A stretch of DNA of 64,000 nt from an uncultured delta proteobacterium (GCA_963737905.1 CAVTUQ010000011.1:56924-120923); one strand, 5' to 3'; counted from the stretch's first letter, positions 29,872 through 40,587 are shown. Translations and numbers: made by a program. The notes: generated from the sequence alone by a model not told the origin.

Positions 29872-31971
29872 TCACGCCTTATGTTCGCCATCTGCGGCCT
29901 GTCTTGCTTTCGCCTCCTTGATCACCTTTTCCGCCAGATGAGGCGGCAACTCCTCGTAGTGAGAAAACTCCATCTGGAATTCTCCTCGCCCGCTGGTAAG
30001 AGCTCGCAGGTCGGGCGCATACTTCAAGACTTCCGACATGGGCACTTTTGATTTTATAACCTGATTGTGCCCCTTCGTGTCCATGCCGATCACTTTTCCG
30101 CGACGGCTGTTCAGATCACCGATCACGTCGCCCATGCTTTCGTCGGGCACGGTGATTTCCATGTTCATGATCGGTTCGAGAATTACCGGCTTGGCCTTCT
30201 CAACGGCGCTTTTAAACCCGAGGGACCCGGCGATTTTGAACGCCATGTCCGACGAGTCCACGTCGTGATAGGAACCGTCATAGAGCCTTACGCGCACATC
30301 GACCATCGGATATCCGGCGATCACCCCTCCGGTCATGGCTTCCCTGATCCCTTTCTCCACTGCAGGGATATAGTTTCTCGGAATGGCGCCACCCACAATC
30401 TCATCGACAAACTCGAAACCCTTGCCATGGGGAAGCGGTTCGATTTTGATCCAGGTATCGCCGTACTGCCCCCGTCCGCCGGTTTGCTTTTTCAACCTTC
30501 CCTGGGCGCTCGCACTGGCCCGGATGGTTTCTTTGTACGGAACCTTGGGGGCCTTGAGGACGACTTCGGCGCTGTATTTGCGCTTCAGCTTTTCGACGAT
30601 GATCTCGACATGCTGCTGTCCCATGCCCGAAAGGATAAAATCGCGCGTTTGCTCATCACGATGGACCTCGATGGTCGGGTCTTCTTCCATTATTCTGTGC
30701 AGCCCCTGGGGCACTTTCTCTTCGTCCGCCTTGCTTTTGGGTTCGAGCGCAAAAGAAATAACCGGCGAAAAATGCACCGGCCCTTCATACTGGATCGGTG
30801 ATTTCTCGTCGCACATCGTATCGCCGGTGGAAACATCTTTCAATTTCGCGGCCGCTACGATATCACCGGCGGAAGCTTCCTTAACGATCTCCTGTTTCTT
30901 TCCTTCTAGACGGAACATGTGCCCGATTTTCTCTTTGACTTGCTTATTGGGAACATAGCAGACACCATCCGACGCGATCTTGCCGGAAACCACGCGCATG
31001 ACGGAGAGTTTTCCCGCAAACGGATCGATGATCGTCTTGAACACGTAGGCGGAAAACGGAGCGGTGGGTTGCTGGGCCCGTTTTTCCACCTCGCCGGTGA
31101 TCGGGTTCGTGCCTTCGACTTCGTCTTCGTCCAAGGGCGACGGCAAATAGTCAATGACGGCGTCGAGCAATTGCTGAATTCCGATCTGCTTGAGTGCCGA
31201 GCCGTAGAGAACTGGATAGAGTTTTCCCTGTCGCGTTTGCTCGCGAATGGCTTTTTTCAGCTCCTCCGTCGATATCTCTTTACCCTCCAGATATTTTTCC
31301 AGAAGCTCGTCGTCACTTTCCGAAACACCTTCCATCAGTTTTTGGCGCATCTCCTCCGCAGTACCTTTGAGATCGGCCGGAATTTCCCCTTCGGCAAATT
31401 TTCCAGTGTCTCCTTCATAGACGCACGTTTTCATGGAGAGCAGATCCACGACTCCTTTGAAGTTTGCCTCGACACCGATGGGCATTTGGAGGTGAATCCC
31501 TTTGATTCCTAAACCTTCCAACATCGAATCGATACGCTCGACGACGTTGTCTTGCTCATGGTCCATCTTGCTTGCGAACAAAAGCCGACTGATCCGGTTA
31601 TCATTGGCCCTGTCCCACAATCGTTCGGACTCAACCCTAAGGCCCACGGAGGGGTTAAGCACAAACACGGCACCGCCGAAAGCGCGCATGGCATTGATCG
31701 AATCCGCCAGGAAAGCGGCGTAGCCCGGCGTATCGATCAATTGGCAAGGATATTTCTTCCATGGCAACGTATGAAACGCCGAGGAGATCGACACGTAATG
31801 TTTTATTTCTTCCGGCTCGTGATCCAATACCGATGTGCCCTCTTGAACCTTTCCCAACCGTTGCGTCACCCCCGCCGCAAACAGCATGGCTTCCCCTAAC
31901 GAAGTTTTTCCTGAGCCGCCTTGACCCAGAATGCCGACGTTACGAAGTTTCTCCAGCTCCGCTGTAGCCAT
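29872..31971 (-). CDS. fusA: Elongation factor G-like protein (EF-G2 type)
   Basis: Full EF-G domains (KQTGGRGQYG, DGSYHDVDSS, LEPIM); variant G motifs GQGGSGKT, DTPGY, SKMD. Confidence 0.9.
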   Translation of the reverse strand: MATAELEKLRNVGILGQGGSGKTSLGEAMLFAAGVTQRLGKVQEGTSVLDHEPEEIKHYVSISSAFHTLPWKKYPCQLIDTPGYAAFLADSINAMRAFGGAVFVLNPSVGLRVESERLWDRANDNRISRLLFASKMDHEQDNVVERIDSMLEGLGIKGIHLQMPIGVEANFKGVVDLLSMKTCVYEGDTGKFAEGEIPADLKGTAEEMRQKLMEGVSESDDELLEKYLEGKEISTEELKKAIREQTRQGKLYPVLYGSALKQIGIQQLLDAVIDYLPSPLDEDEVEGTNPITGEVEKRAQQPTAPFSAYVFKTIIDPFAGKLSVMRVVSGKIASDGVCYVPNKQVKEKIGHMFRLEGKKQEIVKEASAGDIVAAAKLKDVSTGDTMCDEKSPIQYEGPVHFSPVISFALEPKSKADEEKVPQGLHRIMEEDPTIEVHRDEQTRDFILSGMGQQHVEIIVEKLKRKYSAEVVLKAPKVPYKETIRASASAQGRLKKQTGGRGQYGDTWIKIEPLPHGKGFEFVDEIVGGAIPRNYIPAVEKGIREAMTGGVIAGYPMVDVRVRLYDGSYHDVDSSDMAFKIAGSLGFKSAVEKAKPVILEPIMNMEITVPDESMGDVIGDLNSRRGKVIGMDTKGHNQVIKSKVPMSEVLKYAPDLRALTSGRGEFQMEFSHYEELPPHLAEKVIKEAKARQAADGEHKA

Positions 31972-31993
31972 AACTATAGGATCCTTCCTGCTT

Positions 31994-32788
31994 TTATTTG
32001 TGCGCCCTAGCCTTCACTTCCTGCAAGGAATTCCTTTCATAAATGATGCGTAGTCCTTCCAAGGTCAGGAATTCATCGACTTCGCCGATGCTGGAACATT
32101 CGGACGCCACCAGAGGCGCCAATCCTCCTGTAGCGACGACTTTGGCCTGAACGCCGTTTTCCTTCTGTATACGCTGAACCAGACCGTCCACGAGACCCAC
32201 ATAGCCGAAAAAAATTCCCGCTTGGATGGAGTTGACGGTATTTTTTCCCACGACTTCTTTAGGTTTGACAATCTCGATTCTCGGCAGTTTCGAAGCTCTT
32301 TGAAATAACGCCTCCAAAGAAATCAACAGGCCCGGCGCGATCGCCCCGCCGATGTATTCCCCCTTTTTGGATATGAAATCCACCGTCGTCGCGGTACCAA
32401 AATCCACGACAATACAGGCGTCGCGATATTTCTCAAAGGCCGCAATGCCGTTGACAATGCGATCGGCGCCGACGTCCTTGGGACTATCATATAAAATGGG
32501 CATCCCCGTCTTGATCCCGGGACCGACCATGAGAGGTTCGAGCTCGAAAAACTTGGTGGCCAGCTCCTGGGTAACGCTGACCATAGGCGGGACGACACAG
32601 GAGGCGACGATAGAATGAATCTGGTTGCACCTGAACCCCTTGGAGGAGATGAGATGCGAAATGATCACGCCGTATTCATCGGCCGTTCGTTCCGCCTCGG
32701 TCAGCAAACGCCAATGGGTGATCAGTTTTTTGCCCTGATAGAGACCCAGAACAATGTTGGTGTTGCCGATATCGATCGCTAAAAGCAT
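31994..32788 (-). CDS. coaX: Type III pantothenate kinase
   Basis: [36 protein letters not shown]. Confidence 0.95.
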   Translation of the reverse strand: MLLAIDIGNTNIVLGLYQGKKLITHWRLLTEAERTADEYGVIISHLISSKGFRCNQIHSIVASCVVPPMVSVTQELATKFFELEPLMVGPGIKTGMPILYDSPKDVGADRIVNGIAAFEKYRDACIVVDFGTATTVDFISKKGEYIGGAIAPGLLISLEALFQRASKLPRIEIVKPKEVVGKNTVNSIQAGIFFGYVGLVDGLVQRIQKENGVQAKVVATGGLAPLVASECSSIGEVDEFLTLEGLRIIYERNSLQEVKARAHK

Positions 32789-32799
32789 ACTCTTGCAAT

Positions 32800-33639
32800 T
32801 CAATCTTCTATCGGAACCACGTCACCGGCGACAATTCGATGACGTTTTCCTTGCCCGTCCTCTAAAATGAGGGCTCCGTCTCTATCTATCCCCTTGGCTG
32901 TTCCGACCATGATGTGGTCCGTCATTTCGACTCGAATCGCTTTCCCTCGCAGCGCAAAAAAGGCTTCCCAGCGTAGGGCGAGGGCATTAAAGCCCACCTC
33001 TTCGAGTTCTCCATAGCACCTGTCGAGGTCCTGAATCAATCTCCGCATGAACGCCTCACGGCTGACGTTTTTTTGGGTCAGGGCCAAAATCGAAGTCGCG
33101 CGTTCGCGAATCACTTCCGGCATTGATGCCACCGGATAGTTCAGGTTGACGCCGATGCCAAGAATCACGAATTCAATCCGCTCGGAATCACAAGACGATT
33201 CGGTCAAGACTCCCGCTAGCTTCTTACCTCCAGCCAAAATATCGTTGGGCCATTTGATAGTCGGCGACGTCCCGATAAACGAGGCAATAGTATCCGCCAG
33301 GGCTACGGCAGCCATCAAGGTGATCTGAGGGGCACGGGCCGGAGGTAGCTGCGGCCGGAGGATCACGGAAAAGTACAGGTTCACGAAAGGTGGAGATATC
33401 CAGGTTCTGCCCAAACGGCCACGACCGCGAGTCTGGGTTTCGGCAAAGATAACCGTGCCCTCGTCCGCTTCCTGTTCGGCAAGCCGTCGGGCGTAAGCAT
33501 TGGTGGAGTCGAGTTCCGAAAAATAGTGGAGATTCGTTCCCAGACGTTTCGTCGCCAGACCATCCCGAACTTGCTGGAGTTGGAGCGGTCGCTTTATCCG
33601 CACAGACCTTTGCCTATTATCCGGCTCAAGAACGCGCAT
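32800..33639 (-). CDS. birA: Biotin--protein ligase without N-terminal HTH
   Basis: [33 protein letters not shown]. Confidence 0.95.
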   Translation of the reverse strand: MRVLEPDNRQRSVRIKRPLQLQQVRDGLATKRLGTNLHYFSELDSTNAYARRLAEQEADEGTVIFAETQTRGRGRLGRTWISPPFVNLYFSVILRPQLPPARAPQITLMAAVALADTIASFIGTSPTIKWPNDILAGGKKLAGVLTESSCDSERIEFVILGIGVNLNYPVASMPEVIRERATSILALTQKNVSREAFMRRLIQDLDRCYGELEEVGFNALALRWEAFFALRGKAIRVEMTDHIMVGTAKGIDRDGALILEDGQGKRHRIVAGDVVPIED

Positions 33640-34480
33640 TCATCGTTATCTTCATATTAAAATCAACCACCGGCGCCGAATGGGTCAGCGCACCCGACGA
33701 GATGAAGTCGACGCCCGTCTCGGCCACCTGGCGAATAGTCTCTAATGTGATGCCGCCTGAGGCCTCGACCCAAGCGCGTTTGTTCACCCATCGGACCGCC
33801 TCCGCCATTTGCGTGATCGTCATGTTGTCGAGCATGATCACGTCCGTCCCGGCTTCGATCGCTTCTTGAACCTGCTTGAGATTTCCGGCTTCCACTTCGA
33901 CTTTGGCCATAAAGGGAGCATGACGCCTCACGGCTTTGACTGCCTCGGCAATCGACCCTGTCGCCTCGATATGATTGTCCTTTACCAGCGCGGCATCGTA
34001 TAGACCGATGCGGTGATTCGTTCCACCCCCCATGCGCACGGCGTACTTTTCCAAAGTCCGAAGTCCCGGTGTCGTTTTTCTGGTATCCAACACCTTGCAC
34101 GGAAGATCTTTAACGGCGTCTACATATTTCCGTGTCAGTGTCGCTGTTCCCGATAAACGCTGGAGGAAGTTCAAAGCCGTTCGTTCGGCCAGTAACAGCG
34201 CGCGAACAGGACCTTCGGCTTCCGCTACAACCTTCCCGTTCTTCACTTGGCTGCCATCCTTGGCGAGAAGGCGCACCTCCACTTTCGGATCGATAAAGTA
34301 AAAGATTCGATCCAAAAGCACCAATCCCGCCACAACGCCATCTTTCTTGGCGCGGAACAGCCCCTTGCCTTGGGATTCCGCTGAAATGGTCGCCATGGTC
34401 GCTAAATCGCCGGCACCAATATCTTCATCTAACGAGTCGCGAATCAATCTTTCGATCTGGGGACTGACCAGGATATCCAT
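33626..34480 (-). CDS. nadC: Nicotinate-nucleotide pyrophosphorylase (carboxylating)
   Basis: EDIGAGD, ERTALNFLQRLSG, DTRKTTPG, HRIGL, VIMLDN, EASGGI; ATG 34480 with GAGG (alternative GTG 34501). Confidence 0.95.
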   Translation of the reverse strand: MDILVSPQIERLIRDSLDEDIGAGDLATMATISAESQGKGLFRAKKDGVVAGLVLLDRIFYFIDPKVEVRLLAKDGSQVKNGKVVAEAEGPVRALLLAERTALNFLQRLSGTATLTRKYVDAVKDLPCKVLDTRKTTPGLRTLEKYAVRMGGGTNHRIGLYDAALVKDNHIEATGSIAEAVKAVRRHAPFMAKVEVEAGNLKQVQEAIEAGTDVIMLDNMTITQMAEAVRWVNKRAWVEASGGITLETIRQVAETGVDFISSGALTHSAPVVDFNMKITMNARS

Positions 34481-34497
34481 GATACCTCGTTCCTTCC

Positions 34498-37239
34498 TCA
34501 CTCAATTTCCCGCAGCCATTCCAGGCTCCGGTTTAGGGCACGCAGTTTTTCATTGTGCTGCGTCGACTTCTCCTGTTCTTTTTGAATCACCTCGTCCTTC
34601 GCTTTGGCTAGAAACTCCGGGTTGCAGAGCTTCTTTTGAACCCGCGAAAGCTCTTCCTCGACCTTGCGCACCTCTCTGCCCAATCTCGCTCGCTCTTCCT
34701 CAGGCTTGATCATGTCTCCAAGGGGAAGATAAATTTCCGTGCCGCCGATCATCGCTGTGGCAGCGCCCTTAGGCCGCTCCCCTGAAGTCTGATAGGTAAC
34801 GGATCCGACTCGGGCCAGCGACCGGACATAGGACTCTTGATCCCGCAGAAACGACAGATCTCGTTCCGGGCCGTAGAAGATAACCTTAACCTCTTTGCCT
34901 GGTGGACAATTCATTTCAGTGCGCAAGTTTCTAACCCCACGAATCACCCCCATGAGGAATTCCATCCGTTTCTCGGTTTCCTCATCGAGGCATAACGGAT
35001 CACTCTGCGGATAGGGTTGCAACATGAGACTCCGCTGACTTTTGGCTAAGGCCTGCCAGATCTCTTCGGTCACAAAGGGCATGATTGGATGAAGCAACAA
35101 TAAGATCTGCTTTAGAACTTCCAGAAGCGATTGCTTGCTTTTCTCTGAATCTTCGCTGAGCTTTCCGCTCAAAGAAAGCTTGCTCATTTCAATATACCAG
35201 TCACAGAACTCATGCCAGGTGAACTGGTACAAAATATTGGCATAGTCGTTGAACCGGTAGGATTCAACGGCTTTTCGAGCCTCATGGATGGTCGACGCGA
35301 GTCGCGAACGGATCCACCGCTGCGCAAAACCGAGTTCGTTCCCGTCGGATACCGCTGGCTCAAAACCTGACGTGCTGTCGGAATCCGATAGGTTCATAAG
35401 CACGAACCGCGCCGCGTTCCAGAGCTTGTTCACGAAATTCTGATACCCGGCAATACGCTCTTCGGCCAGTTTGATGTCGCGACCCATGGCGGCCATGGCT
35501 GTCAAGGTAAAACGGAAAGCATCGGTGCCGTATTCTTGCATGACGTCGAGAGGATCGATGACGTTCCCTTTGGATTTGGACATCTTCTGCCCTTCTTCGT
35601 CGCGCACAAGGGCGTGAATGTAAACGTCACGAAACGGAACATCATCCCTGAACTTGAGCCCCATCATGATCATCCGCGCCACCCAGAAAAACAAAATATC
35701 GAAGCCCGTGACCAGAGTGGATGTCGGGTAGAAGTTTTTGAGATCCTGCGTCTCCTGCGGCCAGCCCAACGTTGAAAATGGCCATAGGCCGGAGGAAAAC
35801 CACGTATCCAAAACGTCGGGATCCTGAATCAATTCTTTTCCCCCGCATCGTGGACAACCGCTGGGTTTCTCCCGAGCCACGATGGGCCGGGCGTCCTTCG
35901 TAAGAAGGTATTCACCCTTGTTCCCATAAATGACGTTACTTGAATCGCAAGCGACACAATACCAAGCCGGTATCTGATGCCCCCACCAAATCTGCCGCGA
36001 AATGCACCAATCCTTGATGTTTTCCATCCACGCAAAATAGGAATGGCTCCAACCTTCCGGGATGATTCGAATCTTGCCTACCCTCACCACTTGTATCGCC
36101 GGCTCCGCTAACGGTTTGATGTTCACGAACCATTGCGGCGTCAAATAAGGTTCGACCACGGTCTGGCAACGGTAACAACGGCCCACGGCATGGCGGTACG
36201 GTTCGACTTTTTCGAGAAAGCCCTTGTCTTTCAGCTCCGCGATGATTAGCTTCCGTGCGTCAAACCGATCTTTCGAGTTGTAGCGGTCGATCCAATCGCC
36301 CTTTTCGCCGCGGGAACTAAACGCGGAACCATCGATTCCCATATCCGCGTCAAAGATGCTGATTCGGTCGAGTCCAAAGCGGTCACCGATTTCAAAATCA
36401 TTGAAGTCGTGCCCGGGCGTAATCTTCACCGCCCCGGTTCCGAATGTCCGATCAACATAGGCATCAAAGAGCAACGGCACGACACGATCGGTGATGGGCA
36501 AACGAATCTTTCTGCCAGCGAAGTGTTGGTAGCGCGGGTCTTCCGGATGGACTGCCACAGCGGTATCACCGAGCATCGTTTCCGGCCGCGTGGTCGCGAC
36601 AATAATCGCCTCAGATGGATCGTCGGCCAGCGGATAACGGATGTACCAGAGGCTACCTTCCGATTCCTCATGAACCACTTCGATATCGGCTAGCGCCGTC
36701 TTGCAACGTGGGCACCAGTTGATGAGCCGCTGCGCTCGGTAAAGTAGGTCGTCCTCCCAAAGGCGAACGAAGGCTTCGCGCACGGCAAGAGAAAGTCCCT
36801 CATCCATCGTAAAACGCTCGTGCTCCCAATCGCAGGAAACGCCGAGCGCCTTGAGTTGATGGAGGATCGTGTTCCCCGCTTCTTTTTTCCACTCCCAGAC
36901 GCTTTCGATGAATTTCTCCCGTCCCAGCTCCGTTCGGGTTAGCCCTTGAGCCACCCAGCGGCGCTCCACGACGTTCTGGGTGGCGATCCCCGCATGGTCC
37001 GTCCCCGGAACCCAGAGAACCCGGTAGCCATCCATTCTCTTGTAGCGGCAGAGGATATCCTGGAGCGTGTTGTTAAGCGCATGACCCATATGCAAAGATC
37101 CGGTTACATTCGGTGGCGGAATGACCACGGAAAAATAAGGAGCCTTTCCTTCGGCCGGCCTAAATGCGCCCGACCTCAACCAATGGGCATACCATTTGGA
37201 TTCGACACTCTTGTGATCGTAGATCTTCGCTTGCTGCAT
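34498..37239 (-). CDS. valS: Valine--tRNA ligase
   Basis: PPPNVTGSLHMGHA, DHAGIATQ, ISRQIWWGH, KMSKS, C-terminal coiled coil. Confidence 0.97.
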   Translation of the reverse strand: MQQAKIYDHKSVESKWYAHWLRSGAFRPAEGKAPYFSVVIPPPNVTGSLHMGHALNNTLQDILCRYKRMDGYRVLWVPGTDHAGIATQNVVERRWVAQGLTRTELGREKFIESVWEWKKEAGNTILHQLKALGVSCDWEHERFTMDEGLSLAVREAFVRLWEDDLLYRAQRLINWCPRCKTALADIEVVHEESEGSLWYIRYPLADDPSEAIIVATTRPETMLGDTAVAVHPEDPRYQHFAGRKIRLPITDRVVPLLFDAYVDRTFGTGAVKITPGHDFNDFEIGDRFGLDRISIFDADMGIDGSAFSSRGEKGDWIDRYNSKDRFDARKLIIAELKDKGFLEKVEPYRHAVGRCYRCQTVVEPYLTPQWFVNIKPLAEPAIQVVRVGKIRIIPEGWSHSYFAWMENIKDWCISRQIWWGHQIPAWYCVACDSSNVIYGNKGEYLLTKDARPIVAREKPSGCPRCGGKELIQDPDVLDTWFSSGLWPFSTLGWPQETQDLKNFYPTSTLVTGFDILFFWVARMIMMGLKFRDDVPFRDVYIHALVRDEEGQKMSKSKGNVIDPLDVMQEYGTDAFRFTLTAMAAMGRDIKLAEERIAGYQNFVNKLWNAARFVLMNLSDSDSTSGFEPAVSDGNELGFAQRWIRSRLASTIHEARKAVESYRFNDYANILYQFTWHEFCDWYIEMSKLSLSGKLSEDSEKSKQSLLEVLKQILLLLHPIMPFVTEEIWQALAKSQRSLMLQPYPQSDPLCLDEETEKRMEFLMGVIRGVRNLRTEMNCPPGKEVKVIFYGPERDLSFLRDQESYVRSLARVGSVTYQTSGERPKGAATAMIGGTEIYLPLGDMIKPEEERARLGREVRKVEEELSRVQKKLCNPEFLAKAKDEVIQKEQEKSTQHNEKLRALNRSLEWLREIE

Positions 37240-37243
37240 GGGA

Positions 37244-37756
37244 TTACTTCGTTCTACTCTGCTGTATGTTGCTTTTCCTGCGCTCCGGTGGCTCAGCTAC
37301 GACATCCACCAACTCAATGATTTGTGGCCCAGCGGCCTCAGCGATCTTTGGTTCTTTTGCGCTCCTTTGCTCCATTGCCGTCATGCTCGCGGTCCCATTT
37401 TCCTTTGAGGACGACCTGTCAAGACACCTTGCTATAGCTGACTGCAGGGTGTCCTTCTGAATCGGGCTGGTGAGCACAACGAGTTTATCGCGACCCGCGG
37501 CTTGGCCCGCCCCGATATCGTCGATCCATACCGTGGGAACCTTCCATTCCCGCAGTTTACGTAGGTGCTCGCCCCTCGACTCACCTGTCGCGCGGAACAC
37601 CGCCGAGTCAATGATAACCAAATCGAATTCCTTCGCTACCGACGCGTTGCTGTCCGAGAGCAACGCAGCCAATTGAACTTCATGATCCGGGAAAAGAGCC
37701 AGGCTTATCGCCTGTCGCAATATGTTCCTCGGTGCAACAACCAGGATCCTACTCAT
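37244..37756 (-). CDS. Hypothetical protein with degenerate receiver-like N-terminus and acidic IIELVDVV motif
   Basis: RILVV..., FDLVIID, LTSPI...L..AI follow the receiver pattern but lack the acidic pair and Lys; ends 4 nt before valS. Confidence 0.65.
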   Translation of the reverse strand: MSRILVVAPRNILRQAISLALFPDHEVQLAALLSDSNASVAKEFDLVIIDSAVFRATGESRGEHLRKLREWKVPTVWIDDIGAGQAAGRDKLVVLTSPIQKDTLQSAIARCLDRSSSKENGTASMTAMEQRSAKEPKIAEAAGPQIIELVDVVAEPPERRKSNIQQSRTK

Positions 37757-37787
37757 GCGCTATGCAAAACCTCGCTCAAACCTTATC

Positions 37788-37816
37788 TTGACAACCTTTC
37801 GACCCCAAGTTACATA
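37788..37816 (+). promoter_or_regulatory. Putative sigma70 promoter of tRNA-Leu
   Basis: TTGACA-17 nt-TACATA. Confidence 0.55.
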
Positions 37817-37849
37817 AGGATACGAAGGACAACGCGCTTTAATTCAGAT

Positions 37850-37936
37850 GCGAAAGTGGCGGAATTGGTAGACGCGCAGGATTCAGGATCCTGTGGGGTA
37901 ACACCCGTAGGGGTTCGACTCCCCTCTTTCGCACCA
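37850..37936 (+). tRNA. tRNA-Leu(CAG)
   Basis: Acceptor GCGAAAG/CTTTCGC-A-CCA; anticodon arm CAGGA-TTCAGGA-TCCTG; long variable arm; GGTTCGACT. Confidence 0.96.
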
Positions 37937-38121
37937 GATAAAATTTAGCACACACGCCCCGTTTTCTCTAACGTCTACATTCTTTCTTAATCGAACTGTA
38001 GATGCGGAGATTTGCTCATCGCCCGCGCGCGCACAGGTCGTCATCGATGGGCAAGGAGCAGGATGAGCTGATTCTCGGTGGCAGAAAAACGGCCGCCTAC
38101 AATATTAGGTAGAATGACACG

Positions 38122-38463
38122 GTGAAAACAATGAAACCCTCGAGGAGTTTCTTGCTGATCGCACTGTTGACTATAGCAGCGACCGCGTGCTCCAAAGAAT
38201 CAGAGCAGTCGGGTGAAAGTCCGGACTGGAAAAGAGGCAGAGCCGTTTACGTTGCCAATTGTGTGGCCTGTCATAATAACGATCCGTCAAAAGATGGCCC
38301 CATCGGCCCCGCCATTAAAGGCTCACCCCCAGCGTTGATTGAATCTCGGGTTCTGCGCACCGAATATCCCCCGGGATATCAACCCAAACGCAACACGAAG
38401 GTAATGCCTACATTTCCATTCCTTAAAACTGAGATTCCCTATCTCGTCGCCTACTTGCGTTGA
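38122..38463 (+). CDS. Monoheme c-type cytochrome, probable lipoprotein
   Basis: Lipobox-like ATA-C, CVACH heme motif, GPIGPAIKG, distal VMP. Confidence 0.88.
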   Translation: MKTMKPSRSFLLIALLTIAATACSKESEQSGESPDWKRGRAVYVANCVACHNNDPSKDGPIGPAIKGSPPALIESRVLRTEYPPGYQPKRNTKVMPTFPFLKTEIPYLVAYLR

Positions 38464-38467
38464 CAGG

Positions 38468-39169
38468 CTACCTTAAAAGAGCTAGCGCCAACACAAAGAA
38501 GATTCCCGTCAGCAAGAAACCCACCCACAGAGCACCGGAAACGGAGTCCAAGGGTTTCTTGGTAGCGCCTTGGGTTCCAACCAACGAGTTATACTCCACC
38601 ACGGCGATGATAATGAGAGCTATCAACCAGAAAGTGCCGTGGGCAGCCGCTGGTCCAACCAGTCCGGGATAATGCATCGCGGCTCCCATGAAAAAGAGCA
38701 TAGGTATGGAGAACACCGTATTGGTCCTCGACGCTAGCCCGGCGCGCCGCCCCGCACCCGCGGCGGCAGGTAAGGGCTGCCCTCCCTGCGCGACTTGATT
38801 CGCCGATGCGATGACAATCTGCTGTTTTGGCCAGATCACAAGCCATACATTTAAGAACATTATGGTGCCCATGAGGCCGCCGAGAGTGATGGCGACGCCG
38901 TACTGTGAGAGGAAAAACGCTTCGCCTCCCATTGTGTGGATTCGAATCAGATACATTAAAATTCCGGCCAGGAAAGTGAACATCGCGCCCCAACGAAACC
39001 ACCAAAGAGCCCGCGGAACCAATTTTTGAATCATGCCGGTTCGAACGCCCGCCTCGGTTTCAGCAAAGAACGGCGTCTGCACTAAGTTAAAATAGTACAG
39101 GATTCCGATCCAAGTAATACCCGCCAAAAAATGAATCCACCTTAGAAAAAAATGAATTTGTTCTTCCAT
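38468..39169 (-). CDS. Urate_ox_N (PuuD N-terminal-like) integral membrane protein, no cytochrome c domain
   Basis: RWIHFLAGITWIG..YYFN, WWFRWGA, GTIMFLNVW.VIWP.Q, SRTNT..SIPMLFFM; RBS GGAGG. Confidence 0.8.
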   Translation of the reverse strand: MEEQIHFFLRWIHFLAGITWIGILYYFNLVQTPFFAETEAGVRTGMIQKLVPRALWWFRWGAMFTFLAGILMYLIRIHTMGGEAFFLSQYGVAITLGGLMGTIMFLNVWLVIWPKQQIVIASANQVAQGGQPLPAAAGAGRRAGLASRTNTVFSIPMLFFMGAAMHYPGLVGPAAAHGTFWLIALIIIAVVEYNSLVGTQGATKKPLDSVSGALWVGFLLTGIFFVLALALLR

Positions 39170-39512
39170 AGCTCTCCCTCCTTCTACCTGTCATAGACAC
39201 CAACCGGCCACAACCACTTTGATCAGATTGTTTTATATATTAAGGGACAGTTATTTTTGTCAAGGAAAAAAGCACAGGCAATCGACAAACCAGAGGGTCT
39301 GCATTGCTAGGGCGCGGGAATCTCGCAACCTCATCACGATCAAACCATCCCGTGTCTATTCTCTCCCGCAAATTCACGAACGGCGATCCGGATCCGCAAT
39401 CTTTTAAGCGATTATGTGCTTGACCTGACTATAGAACTATGCCATTTTCCGTGCTATCTTTTTTACGCCGCCGGATGGAGTTTTTCTGATTCGAGAAACA
39501 AAAAGTAAGGCC

Positions 39513-40529
39513 GTGAAAGCTACCGTTGGCGTAGCTCCTGAAACTCGACGCAAAATCCCTTGCCTTGAGGGATCGAACGACCCTTCTAGTTTTGTAACTG
39601 ACGAACTGCAACTTGTCGAGGACAACCTGATTCGGGCGATCCGCTCCCGCGAGCAAACGCTCACGGATATTGCAGCTCACTTGATTTGTGGCGGGGGGAA
39701 AAGAGTTCGGCCGATGGTCACTCTCTTGGCTTTCAACGCTTTCGGGGGCAAAAGAACACAGGACATTGTCGACATCGCCACCGCTATAGAGCTCATTCAT
39801 ACCGCGACACTGCTCCATGACGATATCATTGACAGAGCGGAAACCCGGCGCGGCAAGGAGTCTGCCTATAGGAAATTTGGACTCAAAAACACTTTGGTGG
39901 CGGGGGATTTTCTCTTTATTAAAGCGTTTGAGTTCGCGGGAAAGTTCGATGAGACGGTCGTGGAGTGGACAGCGGATGCTTGCGCACTGTTAACTGAAGG
40001 GGAAACGCTTCAAGGTTATTTCAATCGCAATTGTACTGTTACTCTTGAGGACTATATCGAAATCGTAAAGCGCAAGACCGCCTCCTTATTTCAAACGGGC
40101 GCGAAAGTCGGAGCGTATCTTGCTGGCGCAAATTCCGCATTGGTGGAAGAAACCCATCGCTATGGGCTCAACATGGGAATCGCCTTTCAAATGGTCGATG
40201 ACATTCTTGATGTGGTGGGCCATATCGACCTTCTGGGCAAGCCCACGGGCATGGACCTCCGAGATGGGAATCCTTCGTTGCCGATTATCTTGGGACTCAA
40301 AGCAGAGCAGACTGCAGTTTGCGAGGCCTTTCAGAGCGCGCAACCCACGGAAGCACTGGTGATTGCAGCCCTTGACGCCATCAAATCCGGGCCCTTTATC
40401 CAACAGGCCAAATCCATATCCCGTGCCTATGCGGAAGAGGCGCTCAAATCGATTAGGAAGTTTCCTCCATCGCTCTATCGCAATGGGCTCAAGACCCTTG
40501 TTCAGTTGATTATAGATCGAGACTTTTAA
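39513..40529 (+). CDS. Long-chain polyprenyl diphosphate synthase (IspB/HepT-like)
   Basis: GGKRVRP, HDDIID...RRG, KTASLF, FQMVDDILD, GKPTGMDL. Confidence 0.92.
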   Translation: MKATVGVAPETRRKIPCLEGSNDPSSFVTDELQLVEDNLIRAIRSREQTLTDIAAHLICGGGKRVRPMVTLLAFNAFGGKRTQDIVDIATAIELIHTATLLHDDIIDRAETRRGKESAYRKFGLKNTLVAGDFLFIKAFEFAGKFDETVVEWTADACALLTEGETLQGYFNRNCTVTLEDYIEIVKRKTASLFQTGAKVGAYLAGANSALVEETHRYGLNMGIAFQMVDDILDVVGHIDLLGKPTGMDLRDGNPSLPIILGLKAEQTAVCEAFQSAQPTEALVIAALDAIKSGPFIQQAKSISRAYAEEALKSIRKFPPSLYRNGLKTLVQLIIDRDF

Positions 40530-40587
40530 GTCACGGCACTGCAGTTATTCACCCTTTTTCGCGCGTGCCCCACAGTTTTAGATCCCA

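Noticed and set aside
37850-39500. Integrative element at tRNA-Leu (or tRNA-Met)
   Set aside because: No integrase and no duplicated tRNA 3' end seen in the window; sequence beyond tRNA-Met is outside the window.
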